Positions 49,294-61,319 of a stretch of DNA of 64,000 nucleotides are shown piece by piece (the stretch's first letter is position 1; each line of letters opens with the position of its first letter). The position numbers and the translations under genes are program-made. Origin of the DNA: Heptranchias perlo (Eukaryota); assembly GCF_035084215.1 (NCBI RefSeq), contig NC_090327.1, positions 68,944,001 to 69,008,000 on the forward strand. The letters are read 5' to 3'. The notes beneath the pieces are model-generated. The model saw nothing but the letters and a program-made list of their open reading frames with translations, ran no database searches and was not told the DNA's origin.

Positions 49294-50682
49294 AGAATTT
49301 TACAGCACACAAACAGGCCATTTGGCTCATCAGGTTTGGGCCGGTGTTTATGCTCCACACGAGCCTCTTCCCACCCTACTTCATCTCACCCTATCAACAT
49401 ATCATGTATCTGCCATCTCTCAGGACGGCAGCACATGCCGGGGGTGAGGTGTGAAAACCTCTTGGCAGTCTCACCCTGTCAGAAGCAGTTCACAAACAAA
49501 CCCAGGTCTGTGCAGGCATAATGCTGAAAGAAAATTGCTGCAAAAGTGTTTCCCAGCTGCATTGCTATTGAAACTCTCCACGCTCTTCAGGCTTATAAAC
49601 TCTTCACTTCTACCTGTCTCAGCTGATCCTGGAAGCAACTGCACCTTATAATTCTCATTCTAACGTATCCCCAGTGTATAAACAGGAAACTCAGAGCCAC
49701 TGGCCCTCATTATAATATGTAAATAAGCACACTCAGGACTCAGCAGGCGGACTGTGGAAATGGCCAAAAAAATGCAAGGCAATTTGAGGGAAACGATTTT
49801 GGAGCAAGAAACCAGAGTAAACGGCTCCTGCCCAATCTTGCTGCCAAAAAAAATTATATGCTGAAATTATGCCAGAAGTGGCATAGAATTTCTAGGTCTA
49901 ATTGTTTTCAAAAAACTAATTTTAACTGCAAAAGAAAATTTTATCCTCTCCAAGTAGTAATTTAAAACAAAAGAACCTCTGTAATGGGTTAAAATTGTGC
50001 AGACAGGATTTTAGGCAAACTCATTAAATGATGCTCCAAAAGCAGCACACAGGAAATTAAATTCACTGGTCATTGTTTGATTACAGATAAAAAGGCTAGT
50101 TTTGATTTGATAAATAACAAAAGAAATTAAAAAGGTGAGCCTGAGTCGCATGATAATGCAGAGATATGATCCAGGTACCCAGACGGTAGATGAGATCACT
50201 GATCAGGTGCCACAATTTAATAAACAACCACAAGTGGCTTTACGGAGATGCTGACTCACATTAAAAAAAGTTGAAAGAGGTTTTGCTGTGTGGGCAGAGT
50301 TCAGCTGGATCCAATTGAAGGGTTTCTTGTAAAACACTCTAAACATAAGGCTCAAGTATTTGCCTTAAGGAAATTATAAAAGCAATCCTGGTTACACCAA
50401 AGCCAAGGCTACTTAAGTTAGCTGTCATGCACAATTAATGAAAAGGGCTGTGTCGCTAGGATTTGTATAATTAAAAAGTTAAAAATTAAGCTTGTATAAT
50501 CGCACAACTGTTACAAGTTTGTTGCAGCTATTCTGACTGGATCATAACAATTCTTAATGCAACAAACCATAACTATATGTGACGGTGTATTGATAAATAA
50601 AGCAGCCTCAATAAATTCCTCCTTTAGCCTAACTAATATAAAATATTCAGGAACTGACTCCAAGCTCTGTACAAATTCTTCT

Positions 50683-50940
50683 TTTGGCTTGATAGGTAGG
50701 TGCACCACATGGTGCGGTACTGAACTATATGGATCAGCTTCAATCCTTGGTCTGTGCTGAGTTAACTGATCTCATAGCAATGGAGGCACTACAATTAATC
50801 TCAATATCCCCAGGGTAAGGAATAGAAAACTACAGCCTGGGATACTACTTCTGAGTGCTATTCAGTGTCTCTTCCTGAAAAGTATGGGCACTGGGTAAAG
50901 CCATTCTCCTGGCTGGCCCCACTCCACTCTATCAAATAGA
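50683..50940 (+). repeat. Old SINE-like repeat
   Basis: Similar to 2005-2335; head TGGCTTGATAGGTAG..TTCAATCC. Confidence 0.45.
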
Positions 50941-51062
50941 ACAGTGCGCAGTACTCTAAGTGTAGTCTAACCAAGGTTCTATACAAGTTTAACATACCTT
51001 TAACTAACATTATTTCACTGATGAGTCTGTCACCACTACCGCTGGAAGTATTATGGAAATAT

Positions 51063-51650
51063 GAGCCCCGATTTTAACTCGGAGAGGGAATCGGGAGAAC
51101 GGGGGACCAAATAGGTGGTGATCCGTTCGGCTCCCCAGAGCGTGAGACCTGGGAGATTTTAACTCCCAGGCCTCATTACCATGCTCCAATACTGACTCCC
51201 ACCCAAAGTTGGCGAGAATGAAGTCACCACTGGTTGGCGGGAGTCGAATTTCATGGGGAGTTAGTCTGCCACCGGGGAACCATGGAAACAGTCCGTGGCA
51301 AGGTAAGTCAGAAATGGGGCGGGGGGTTGTTGGGGGGAACCAAGAAAGCTTGCGATTGGGGGGGAAGGGAGAAGCCTGGGGTAGGCTGCCTGGCTCACAG
51401 GGAACCTTTAAAAAGTGAAACAAATTACCTGGGCCTCCTGTGGCCAGGATCCTGCCTGCCACCAGTTTTCGCTGGCAGGTTCAAGACCGTGCTGGCATTA
51501 GACAGATCTGCAGGTAAAAGGTGTGCGTGTTCCGATGATGTCATCAGAATGCGACTTCACTCTTTAGGTGCCTGCTCTTCTGGGGCAGGCAGCTTTCCTG
51601 TTCCTGAATTCATGCATAAATATTGCAGTTGCAAATGCATGATATAGCAT
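51063..51650. mobile_element. Decayed Harbinger-type MITE
   Basis: Starts GAGCCCCGATTTTAAC; internal layout (GGTAAG..TTACCTG) resembles the other MITEs. Confidence 0.5.
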
Positions 51651-51689
51651 GCTAGCAAGCTTGTTAGTGTGAGGATGAAAATCTGTGAT

Positions 51690-52313
51690 AAATATATGAG
51701 ACAATGAGGAAATACAAATGCGAAGAAAGACTTGAAAAGTTGGGTCTTTTTTCATTAGAACAATGCAGATTATGGGTTGACATAATAGAAGTGTTTAAAA
51801 TTATGAAGGGATAGGGCAGGGTAGATAAAAGCAGACTGATTCCAATAGTTGCATCTAGAATAAGGGGCCATAGATACAAGATTAAATGTAAAAGATTTAG
51901 AACAGAGGACAGGAGAAACTTCTTCAAAGAGAGTTGGGAGGCTGTGGAATTTACTACACAAAATTAGCTGCCGCGTTGCCTACATTACAACAGTGACTAC
52001 ACTACAAAAATACTTCATTGGTTGTAAAGTGCTTTGGAATGTCCTGAGGTTGTGAAAGGCGCTATATAAACGCAAGTATTTCTTTCATTCTTGGAATTCA
52101 CTTCCAGGGTTAACGGTTGAGGCAGAAACTATGTCAACATTCAAGGTTAGATTGGAGAGGTGAAAGAAGGAAAATCCCTTGGTTGAAGGGATATGGGAAC
52201 AGGGTGGGTAAATGTGATTAGAACTATTTGCTCATATGGAGGGTAAACGCAAACATGGACTGGTTGGGCCGAACGGCCTGTTTCCGTATTTTAACTTCTA
52301 TGCATTTCTATGT
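51690..52313 (+). mobile_element. Old CR1 3' end with nested DeuSINE tail (51957-52090)
   Basis: ATAGAAGTGTTTAAAATTATGAAGGG..AGGAGAAACTTCTT..TGGAATT [SINE] TGGAATTCACTTCCAG; tail TTCTATG. Confidence 0.8.
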
Positions 52314-53306
52314 ATTAACTTCTGATTTAGTTTAGCTGGGGTGGACTTGGTAAAGACAGTTTTATTTTCAGTTACTGTCATAACATCAATACATAAGGGA
52401 TTGTATTACTCTAAAGGTTACAGTTTAATCGTCTTGTCTACAGAAGTAGGTTGACACAATTTGCTCTCGGTACAGATACTTTTTCAGCATTACATATACA
52501 TTGCATGTTATTAGTATTGAATCAGATTGTGTCTTGTGAATTAAACATAGGTGTTAAGCTTTTCCACCCTAGTGGTAAATCAATTAAACTAATAATTATA
52601 GAGCCAAGCAGATTAATTAAGTCCGGTACTGATTTGTATCATTTTTAAGCACTAAACATATACAATTAGTACACATTTAACCAGGGTTTAATACTTGATC
52701 TCAATAAGATCTTCCCTCTGTATTTTTGCCAAGGCATTTTGATGCCTGCAGGCATGTGGGCTTTTGAACTAAGAACTGCCTTTTTACTGTTAATAAATTC
52801 ATAAATTAAAATATGGAGCGCACATTTACTGGAGCATTGCTCACACTTTGGTGGGGTTTTGAATGCCACTTTGCAATCAGAAATAACATCTGACTCATCA
52901 CCAAAGGTCAAATGGCTCATATCCTGTAGTTAAGTAGTTTAATTTGCATGATTACTTCTAACGTTCCACTGGATCACACCACCAGTAGTAAATAAGTTGG
53001 GGAAAAAAACAATAAATTGTGTGGTAGAATTTGGGCAGTAACTGAAATAATAACCTGTATTTACCATTGAAATACCCTTAATGGCTGTATAAAGGACAAT
53101 CCCTAGTGCCTGAAAATTACTGAGTGATGTTATCTAACGAACATATAACGTATCACATTCATCTCTGTGCTGTTTTAATGTCAGCACTAACCTATTTAAA
53201 ATAAACAGGTTAACTCCTCCCTTAAAATAGCAGGGTGAGGAATTTGATACAATGGCCCTAAAAATCTGCATTTGGATACATCCCAGCGTAAATGCTGAGA
53301 TGTGCA

Positions 53307-53554
53307 GGCTGGGAATTTTCACTAATGACTCCGATGTACTTTCTGGGGTCGGGGAGCTTCCCTCATTTTTCTGCTAATGGCGGGCACCTGCATACTAGGG
53401 GCACAATTAGGGCACCTTCACGTCTGGCCAACAATTGTCTGGCCAACGGGTGAGAATGGGTTCCCCCCTCCCCTCCGGTACAACTGGGTCCTGGCATAGT
53501 TTCTATCCATTCCAGCAAACTCCCACTGAAATACCCCAGAAGGATTTTCTAGGC
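53307..53554. mobile_element. Short MITE
   Basis: Ends GGCTGGGAATTT / GATTTTCTAGGCC. Confidence 0.45.
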
Positions 53555-55734
53555 CAAACACTTTATGTATTCTTAAAATAACATCACACACAGTGATTTC
53601 CAGGCTTATATATTGAATTGAGGCTTGTTGAGACAATTTTTCCTTCCACAACATTTAATATTTGTTGCAGTTATTCCAGATATGTGTTTACAGTTATTAG
53701 TTAATGAAAAACACTGAGGGGAATTTTGATCTTGACAGATATTTTGGATAACGTTAATTGTTCCAGTTTACACCAAACTGATAATTTCCATCTTTGGCTT
53801 TCTGTGATTTTGTCATGTTGTTGATTGAAATTTAAACCATCTAATCAAAAATAGTTACCATTATTGACACTTTATGTATTTAAACCTACAAATGAGTCAT
53901 TTGATCTTTACAACTAACAGAAATTATTTAATTAGTGGCAAAAAATGTGCAAAATGGCATCTGGAAAATAGCTCAAGGAGGGTGAAAATCAGCTTTTTTA
54001 GTGCAGTGATAGAATTCTGAAAATGGAATGGATAATTATTTGGAATACAAAGAAATTTTGGAAATCATTGTAATGAGCTCAAACACGGGCTTGCACTGTT
54101 CAAAAAGCTAAAGAGATATTCGAAAATATATAAAAATCTATCAGATTGTTGAAAATACAGTAAGAACTCCAAACAGTCAGCAAAATACAATTAAAACATA
54201 ATAGAAACAAAATAATATTACCTCAGTAATACTACTATTTTAACATTACTTATGCCATTTTTATGTTTGGAAGTATACAATCAAAATTTGACAATGATAT
54301 CAAGTGAGGATATCAATACATGTTGCTTTGTGTGAAGGGCATTTATTGTATTAATTAATATATAGCTGAAGTAAACATTTTTATCCATTTCTTTGACCAG
54401 GCTCTTGTTTTTCTTCCTGCAGTTCTACACTCCAGTATCATTTACAATATGGGACATTGCTGTAAGATGGTTTTTCTCAGTTTCAGATCAGAGCAGAATT
54501 TCTGGAAGATTCACCCATGTCCGGTGCCCTTCTATCTGTGGGGAATCTGTTTCCTGTCCTTGTGAATATGCTCATACAGTAGATTCCTAGCCTAGTGCCC
54601 TAGCAAATTTTCATAATTGATATGCTATCAATGTTAAATGTCCCTTAGTGTGCATTGTGCCTATTATAGATATATGAAATCATCTAAATAGCTCATTGGA
54701 CTTATTATAAAAAAAACTGTGATGCATTTGATGATACACCATAGTATGTCTGAACAATGATTGTAATGGGGAATGCTTTGGAAATTGCAAAAAATTAACA
54801 TTATACAAATTCACTAATACTGTTATTAAAATCTAATCCCAATTGGACTGTCTGCACAGGCCATTAGGCTTTTGTAATATCAGAAACTGGTTCTACACTT
54901 CAGAAGATAGGACCTGGTTCCTAATAATTAGAACATTGGTGCTTTTGTCTGCTCATTAAAACCATCTTATTTTGTTTTAAACCCGTATCAGAAAATGCAA
55001 ATAGGCATTAACAACGTATAGACAACTAATATCAAAAAACTACAACTACTCTTATGAAATGGTAACACAAGTGGGCAGCACAAATTCAGATGACAGTATA
55101 ATATCATGAACCAACAGTCTGCCATACTAGATGTCAATGGAGTATGTGCGCTGCTAACCTTTTCCCATGACACATCCATCCCATGTCTCCAACATTGAAA
55201 TATCTGCTCCCCATCTGGTGACATTCCATCATTCTAAGTTTACCCAACAATTATGGAAAGATATAGGCCACTCTTTCAGATCCTTTGGGTGGGTGGTGGT
55301 GCTGTTAGCTGCATCATCTCTTTATAAACACTGACATTTTTTTCCACTCTCTCTCAGCTCAGCCCTGGGGAGTGGGGGCACTGCTTCAAGTTCTGGAGTA
55401 AGACAATGTAAAATGCTCTCCCAGCTTAACGACAATCGAGCCATCAAATCTTTTTAAACTCTCCAAACCAAATACCAACTCAGGCAGGGTGATGCCTTTT
55501 TTTATAAAACACATCCAATCCAATCGCTTAACTGAGCTAGTGTCCACTTCACTTTGTCAAACAGGAGATGGTGAGGAGCCCTCTGCCATATGCCCAGACT
55601 ACATTTCACATTTCCACCTTGCACTGTCTATCCTTTAAACCTTGCCCATCAGTTCTCCCCCCAATAAAGACTGAAAACTACTGTGACAATTTTTGAGTCT
55701 TGAAAATGGCTCCAACATTTTTATCCCCTATATA

Positions 55735-56786
55735 TGGTGACTTACCTTGACATCATTGGACCGAGTCTGGCACCAAGGAGCCCCAGTAAAATTGAAGTCA
55801 ATGGGAATCAGGGGGAAAACTCTCCAGTGGCTGGAGTCATACCTAGCACAAAGGAAAATGGGAGTGGTTGTTGGAGGCCAATCATCTCAGCCCCAGGATA
55901 TTGCTGCAGGAGTTCCTCAGGGCAGTGTCCTAGGCCCAACCATCTTCAGCTGCTTCATCAATGACCTTCCCTCCATCGTAAGGTCAGAAATGGGGATGTT
56001 CGCTGATGATTGCACAGTGTTCAGTTCCATTCGCAACCCCTCGGATAATGAAGCAGTCTGTGCCTGCATGCAGCAAGACCTGGACAACATCCAAGCTTGG
56101 GCTGATAAGTGGCAAGTAACATTTACGCCAGACAAGTGCCAGGCAATGACCATCCCAACAAGAGAGAGTCTAACTACCTCCCCTTGACATTCAATGACAT
56201 TACCATCGCCAAATCCCCTACCATCAACATCCTGGGGGTCACCATTGACCAGAAACTTAACTGGACCAGCCACATAAATACTGTGGCTACAAGAGCAGGT
56301 CAGAGGCTGGGAATTCTGCGGCGAGTAACTCACCTCCTGACTCCCCAAAGCCTTTCCACCATCTACAAGGCACAAGTCAGGAGTGTGATGGAATACTCTC
56401 CATTTGCCTGGATGAGTGCAGCTCCAACTGAAGAAGCTCGACACCATCCAGGACAAAGCAGCCCGCTTGATTGGCACCCCATCCACCACCCTAAACATTC
56501 ACTCCCTTCACCACTGGCGCACAGTGTTGCAGTGTGTACCATCCACAGGATACACTGCAGCAACTCGCCAAAGCTTTCTCCACAGCATTCCCAAACCTGC
56601 GACCTCTACCACCTAGAAGGACAAGGGCAGCAGGCACATGGGAACAACACCACCTGCACGTTCCCCTCCAAGTCACACACCATCCTGACTTGGAAATATA
56701 TCGCCGTTCCTTCATTGTTGCTGGGTTAAAATCCTGGAACTCCCTACCTAACAGCACTGTGGGAGAACCTTCACCACACAGACCAC
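55735..56786 (+). mobile_element. LINE-B RT fragment ending in a fold-back
   Basis: DRVWHQG..GVPQGSVLGPTIFSCFINDL..MFADD; stops at STVGEPSPHR, followed by an inverted copy. Confidence 0.93.
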
Positions 56787-57497
56787 TCCGCTGTGGTCTG
56801 TGTGGTGAGCTCTAGATTCAATGCACCTCCCATCATTGCACTTTCTGTACAAGCTCAAACTGTGCAGGGAGTGCATGTAAATTGTTAAAATTAGCTGATG
56901 TTTCCAAATCTGGTGAGATCAGCTTCTCACTCCAGTTGCAAGCCTGCTAACCTGCACTGTAATCCAAAGGTCATTTGTCACAACACCAAGGAATCAGCCC
57001 TTTCATCTCAAGATAAATGGGAATCCATTTGTGAAGCAGTGCACAAAGTCTCATCTTGCAATAAGCTAAAAGGGTAAATTAAGATTAAATTTTGGACATG
57101 CCCTCCCCCTCTCCCCACTTCTGCACAAACCCAGAGTCACAGCAGAATGCTGGACAGACTAAGACAAGGGAGAAACAATCCTATACATTTTCTGGGCATG
57201 TCCAAAAAAGCAGCAAAAAGTACTGCATGAATTGAAAAAGATTACCCGATACAAAATTGAATCAGACAGGACATACTGCCTGTTGAGACTCCCCATAGTA
57301 ATTCCTCCAGACATAAGCACAAGCAAGCTACCAGACATCTTCCTAACTAAAATCTGGCAATGTTTCACATTGCAAAGGTTTTGGATAGAACCTCCCACCC
57401 ATAGTGACTATGGATGGGAGGTTCTATCTGAAACCTTGTCAAAGGGATGCATTGCCAGAATCATTGTGGAAAATAGACCAATGTGAAAAGAAATTCT

Positions 57498-57624
57498 ATG
57501 TGCCTTCAGCTGCCTAGGCCCTAAGTTCTGGAATTCCCTCCCTAAACCTGATCGCCTCTCTCTCCTCCTTTAAGAAACTCCTTAAACCTACCTCTTTGGC
57601 CAAGCCTTTGGTCACCTGACCTAA
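57498..57624 (+). mobile_element. L2 3' end, left part (continues at 59563-59668)
   Basis: GCCTTCAGCTGCCTAGGCCCTAAG..CAAGCCTTTGGTCACCTG; the remainder TTATGTGGCTCGGTGTCAAATTTT..TTGTTG lies beyond the CR1 insertion. Confidence 0.85.
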
Positions 57625-57625
57625 A

Positions 57626-59562
57626 AGAATCATAGAGTCATAGAAAGTTACGGCACCGAAGGAGGCCATTCAGCCCATCGTGTCTCTGCTGGCTGAAAAA
57701 GAGCTATCCAGCTTAATCCCACTTTCCAGCACTTGGTGCATAGTCCTGTGGGTTATGGCCCTTCAAGTGCACATCCAAGTACTTTTTAAATGACTTGAGG
57801 GTCATTGAGCCTCTACCACCCTTTCAGGCAGTGAGTTCCAGACCCCCACCACCCTCTGGGTGAAAAAAATCTTTCCTCAGCTCCCCTCTAATCCTTATAC
57901 CAATTACTTTAAATCTATGCCCCCTGGTCACTGACCCTCTGTTAAGGGAAATAGGCCCTTCCTATCCATTCTATCTAGTCCCGTAATAATTTTATATACT
58001 TCAATTAAATCTCCCCTCAGCCTCCTTTGTTCCAAAGAAAACAACCCGAGCCTATCCAATCTTTTCTCATAGCTAAAATTCTCCAGTCCTAGCAACATTC
58101 TCGTAAATCTCCTCAGTACCCTCTCTAGTGCAATCACATCTTTCCTGTAATGTGGTGACCAGAATTGTACGCATTGCTCAAGAAGTGGCAGAACCAATGT
58201 TTTATACAGTTCTAGTATAATCTCCCTGCTCTTATATTTATGCCTCGGCTAATAAAGGAAAGTATCCCATATGCCTTTTTAACCACCTTGTCTACCTGTC
58301 CTGCTACCTTCAGGGATCTGTGGACTTGCATTCCAAGGTCCCTCACTTCCTCTACACCTCTCAATATCCTCCCATTTATTGTGTACTCCCTTGCCTTGTT
58401 TGCCCTCCCTAAATTCATTACTTCACACTTCTCTGGATTGAATTCCATTTGCCATTTTTCTGCCCACCTGACCAGTCCATTGATATCTTCCAGCAGTCTA
58501 CAGCTTTCCTCCTCACTATCAACCACACAGCTAATTTTTGTATCATCTGCAAACTTCTTGATCAAGCCCAGCACATTCAAGTCCAGATCATTGATATATA
58601 CCACAAAAAGCAAGGGACTTAGTACTGAGCCTTGTGGAACCCCACTGAAAACAGTTCTCCAGTCACAAAAACACTCGTCACCCATTACCCTTTGCTTCCT
58701 GCCACTGAGCCAATTTTAGATCCAACTAGTCACTTTCCCTTGGAACCCATGGGCTTTTACTTTTTTGACCAGTCTGCCATGTGGGACCTTGTCAAAAGCC
58801 TTGCTAAAATCCATGTAGACAACATCAAAAGCACTACCCTCATCGACCCTTCTTGTTACCTTCTCAAAAAATTCAATCAAGTTAGTCAGACACGACCTTT
58901 GCTTAACAAATCCATGCTGAATGTCCTTGATTAACCCCTGCCTTTCTAAATGACGATTTATGCTGTTCAGGAGACGAGAAGCATCCTGGAGTTCACACAT
59001 GGTATAGGCTGTGCATTCAACAAGTCTGAGCTGCCCTACCATGCCTTGATTTATTATGTTACTAAATAAACTTAACAAAAATAAACTAAAGGCTTAAAAA
59101 AAACTCACTAGATACTCACCAATCAATCGGCTACTAACTAATCAGCTCTGTCCCTTCTGCTGATGTCATTTTAGGTTTTCTCCTCGTCCCTGGGCCTCAC
59201 TTTTTACCTGGTCCAATACTCCGCCCCCAGTCTCTCGCAGGTCCGCGCTCACTCTGGACTCCGGGCTCCTGACTGAGGCCTCGTCCCTGGGTCCCACTTT
59301 TTACCTGGGCCAAATGCTCCGCCTCCAGTCTCTTGCAGGTCCGCACTTGCCCTGGACTCAGGGCTCCTGATTGAGGCCTCGTCCCTGGGCTTCACTTTTT
59401 ACCTGGTCCAATACTCCGCCCCCAGTCTCTCGCAGGTCCGCGCTCGCCCTGGACTCTGGGCTCCTGATTGTGGCTCGTCCCTGGGCCTCACTTTTTACCT
59501 GGTCCAATGCTCTGCCCCCAGTCTCCCGCAGGTCTGCGCTCACTCTGAACTCTGGGTTCCCG
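57626..59562 (-). mobile_element. CR1 with probable 5' UTR and ORF1 start fused to RT by internal deletion
   Basis: MVGQLRLVECTAYTMCELQDAS (ORF1-like) joined to INRHLERQGLIKDIQHGFV..GVPQGSVL..KFADDTK; 3' tail at 57626-57645; inserted into an L2 tail. Confidence 0.85.
59182..59562. repeat. Four tandem ~97-bp GC-rich repeats
   Basis: Unit CCTCGTCCCTGGGCCTCACTTTTTACCTGGTCCAATACTCCGCCCCCAGTCTC... starts at about 59182, 59279, 59377 and 59473. Confidence 0.92.
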
Positions 59563-59668
59563 ATTTATGTGGCTCGGTGTCAAATTTTGTTTGATAACCC
59601 TCCTGTGACATGCCTTGGGATGTTTTACTACGTGAAAGCTGCTATATAAATGCATGTTATTGTTGTTG
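59563..59668 (+). mobile_element. L2 3' terminus
   Basis: Matches the reverse complement of 1-30 and 49055-49100; ends TATATAAATGCATGTTATTGTTGTTG. Confidence 0.8.
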
Positions 59669-59976
59669 AGGTTAAACTAAGAGAAATCTCTAAAACTGGT
59701 TGCCATTTCCGACCTACTGCCAAAAGCTAGTAATTCAAGAGTGCCTGTTGCATCGCACAGGCACTAGCTGGAAGAATACGTATCAAGCCACATGACTGAA
59801 GACGTTCATAGAGAAGTAATAGTTAGTTCAAGACAGCACCGACCATTAATACCATAGTCATCGGCAGCAACACATCCAGTTGAAACTATCAACTAGAGCT
59901 TTTTCTTTTGTTCACAAGCCACTCTTAAATGTGGGTTGCCTGTCACAATGTATCATGTATGTTTGTATGCCATGGA

Positions 59977-61319
59977 AATAAGAACATAAGAACATAAGAA
60001 ATAGGAGCAGGAGTAGGCCGTACAGCCCCTCAAGCCTGCTCTGCCATTTAATAAGATCATGGCTGATCTTCGGCCTCAACTCCACTTTCCTGCCCGATCC
60101 ACATATCCCTTAATTCCTTTGAGTCCAAGAATCTATTGATCTCAATCTTGAATATGTTCAATGACTCAGCATCCACAGCCCTCTGGGGTAGAGAATTCCA
60201 AAGATTCACAACCCTCTGTATGAAGAAATTCCTCCTCATCCCAGTCTTAAATGGCCGATCCCTTATCCTGAGACTATGCCCCCTAGTTCTATAGTTCTAG
60301 ACTCTCCAGCCAGGGGAAACAACCTCTCAGCATCTACCCTGTCAAAGCCCCTCAGAATCTTATATGTTTCAATGAGATGACCTCTTATTCTTCTAAACTC
60401 ATGATGTGGAGATGCCGGTGATGGACTGGGGTGGACAAATGTAAGGAGTCTTACAACACCAGGTTATAGTCCAACAGCTTTATTTGAAATCACAAGTTTT
60501 CATAGGCTTCCTCCTTCGTCATCTGACGAAGGAGGAAGCCTATGAAAACTTGTGATTTCAAATAAAGCTGTTGGACTATAACCTGGTGTTGTAAGACTCC
60601 TTACATTCTTCTAAACTCCAGAGAGTATAGGCCATTCTACCCAATCTCTCCTCATATGACAACACTCTCATCCCAGGAATTAATCGAGTGAACCTTCGTT
60701 GCACCACTTCTAAGGCAAGTATATCCTTCCTTAGATAAGGAGGCCAAAACTGTGCACTCCAGATGAGGTCTCATCAAAGCCCTGTACGATTGTAGTAAGA
60801 CATCCTTACTCTTGTACTCCAACGCCCTTGCAATAAAGGCCAACATTCCATTTGCCTTCCTAATTGCTTGCTGTAACTGCATGCTAACTTTCTGTGTTTC
60901 TTGTACGAGGACACCCAAATCTCTCTGGACACCAACATTTAATAGTTTCCCACCATTTAAAAAAAATTCTGTTTTTCTATTCTTCCTACCAAAGTGAATA
61001 ACCACACATTTCCCCACATTATACTCCATCTGCCATCTTACCCACTCAACCTGTTTATATCCCTTTGCAGATTCTTTGTGTCCTCCTCACGGCTTACTTT
61101 CCCACCTAGCTTTGCATCATCAGCAAACTTGGATACATTACACTCGAGCCCTTCATCTAAGTCATTAATATAGATTGTAAATAGCTGAGGCCCAAGCACA
61201 GATCTTTGCGGCACCCCACTAGTTACAGCCTGCCAACCTGAGAATGACCCGTTGATCCCTACTCTCGGTTTTCTGTCTGTTAACCAATCCTCTATCCATG
61301 CTAATATGTTACCCCAATG
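59977..61319 (-). mobile_element. CR1 RT-to-3' end
   Basis: [44 protein letters not shown]; tail (AAGAACAT)n. Confidence 0.95.
60401..60607. mobile_element. Penelope-type inverted terminal-repeat insertion (perfect palindrome) inside CR1
   Basis: Arms 60438-60521 and 60524-60607 are exact reverse complements; target duplication ATTCTTCTAAACTC at 60387-60400 and 60605-60618. Confidence 0.85.

Larger units (their letters stand above)
44443..49898. mobile_element. Old PIF/Harbinger element carrying a decayed Myb/SANT gene, with nested CR1 and L2
   Basis: TIRs GGCCTAGAAATT / AATTTCTAGGTC with TAA on both sides; MWR*MALTLSASSVTSTTVDQCPRKFND at about 44934-45017. Confidence 0.72.

Noticed and set aside
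59182-59562. CRISPR-like array
   Set aside because: Head-to-tail repeats with no unique spacers, no cas genes, and a vertebrate context.
59740-59765. Short hairpin AGTGCCTGT...ACAGGCACT
   Set aside because: A 9-bp stem without supporting context is compatible with chance.
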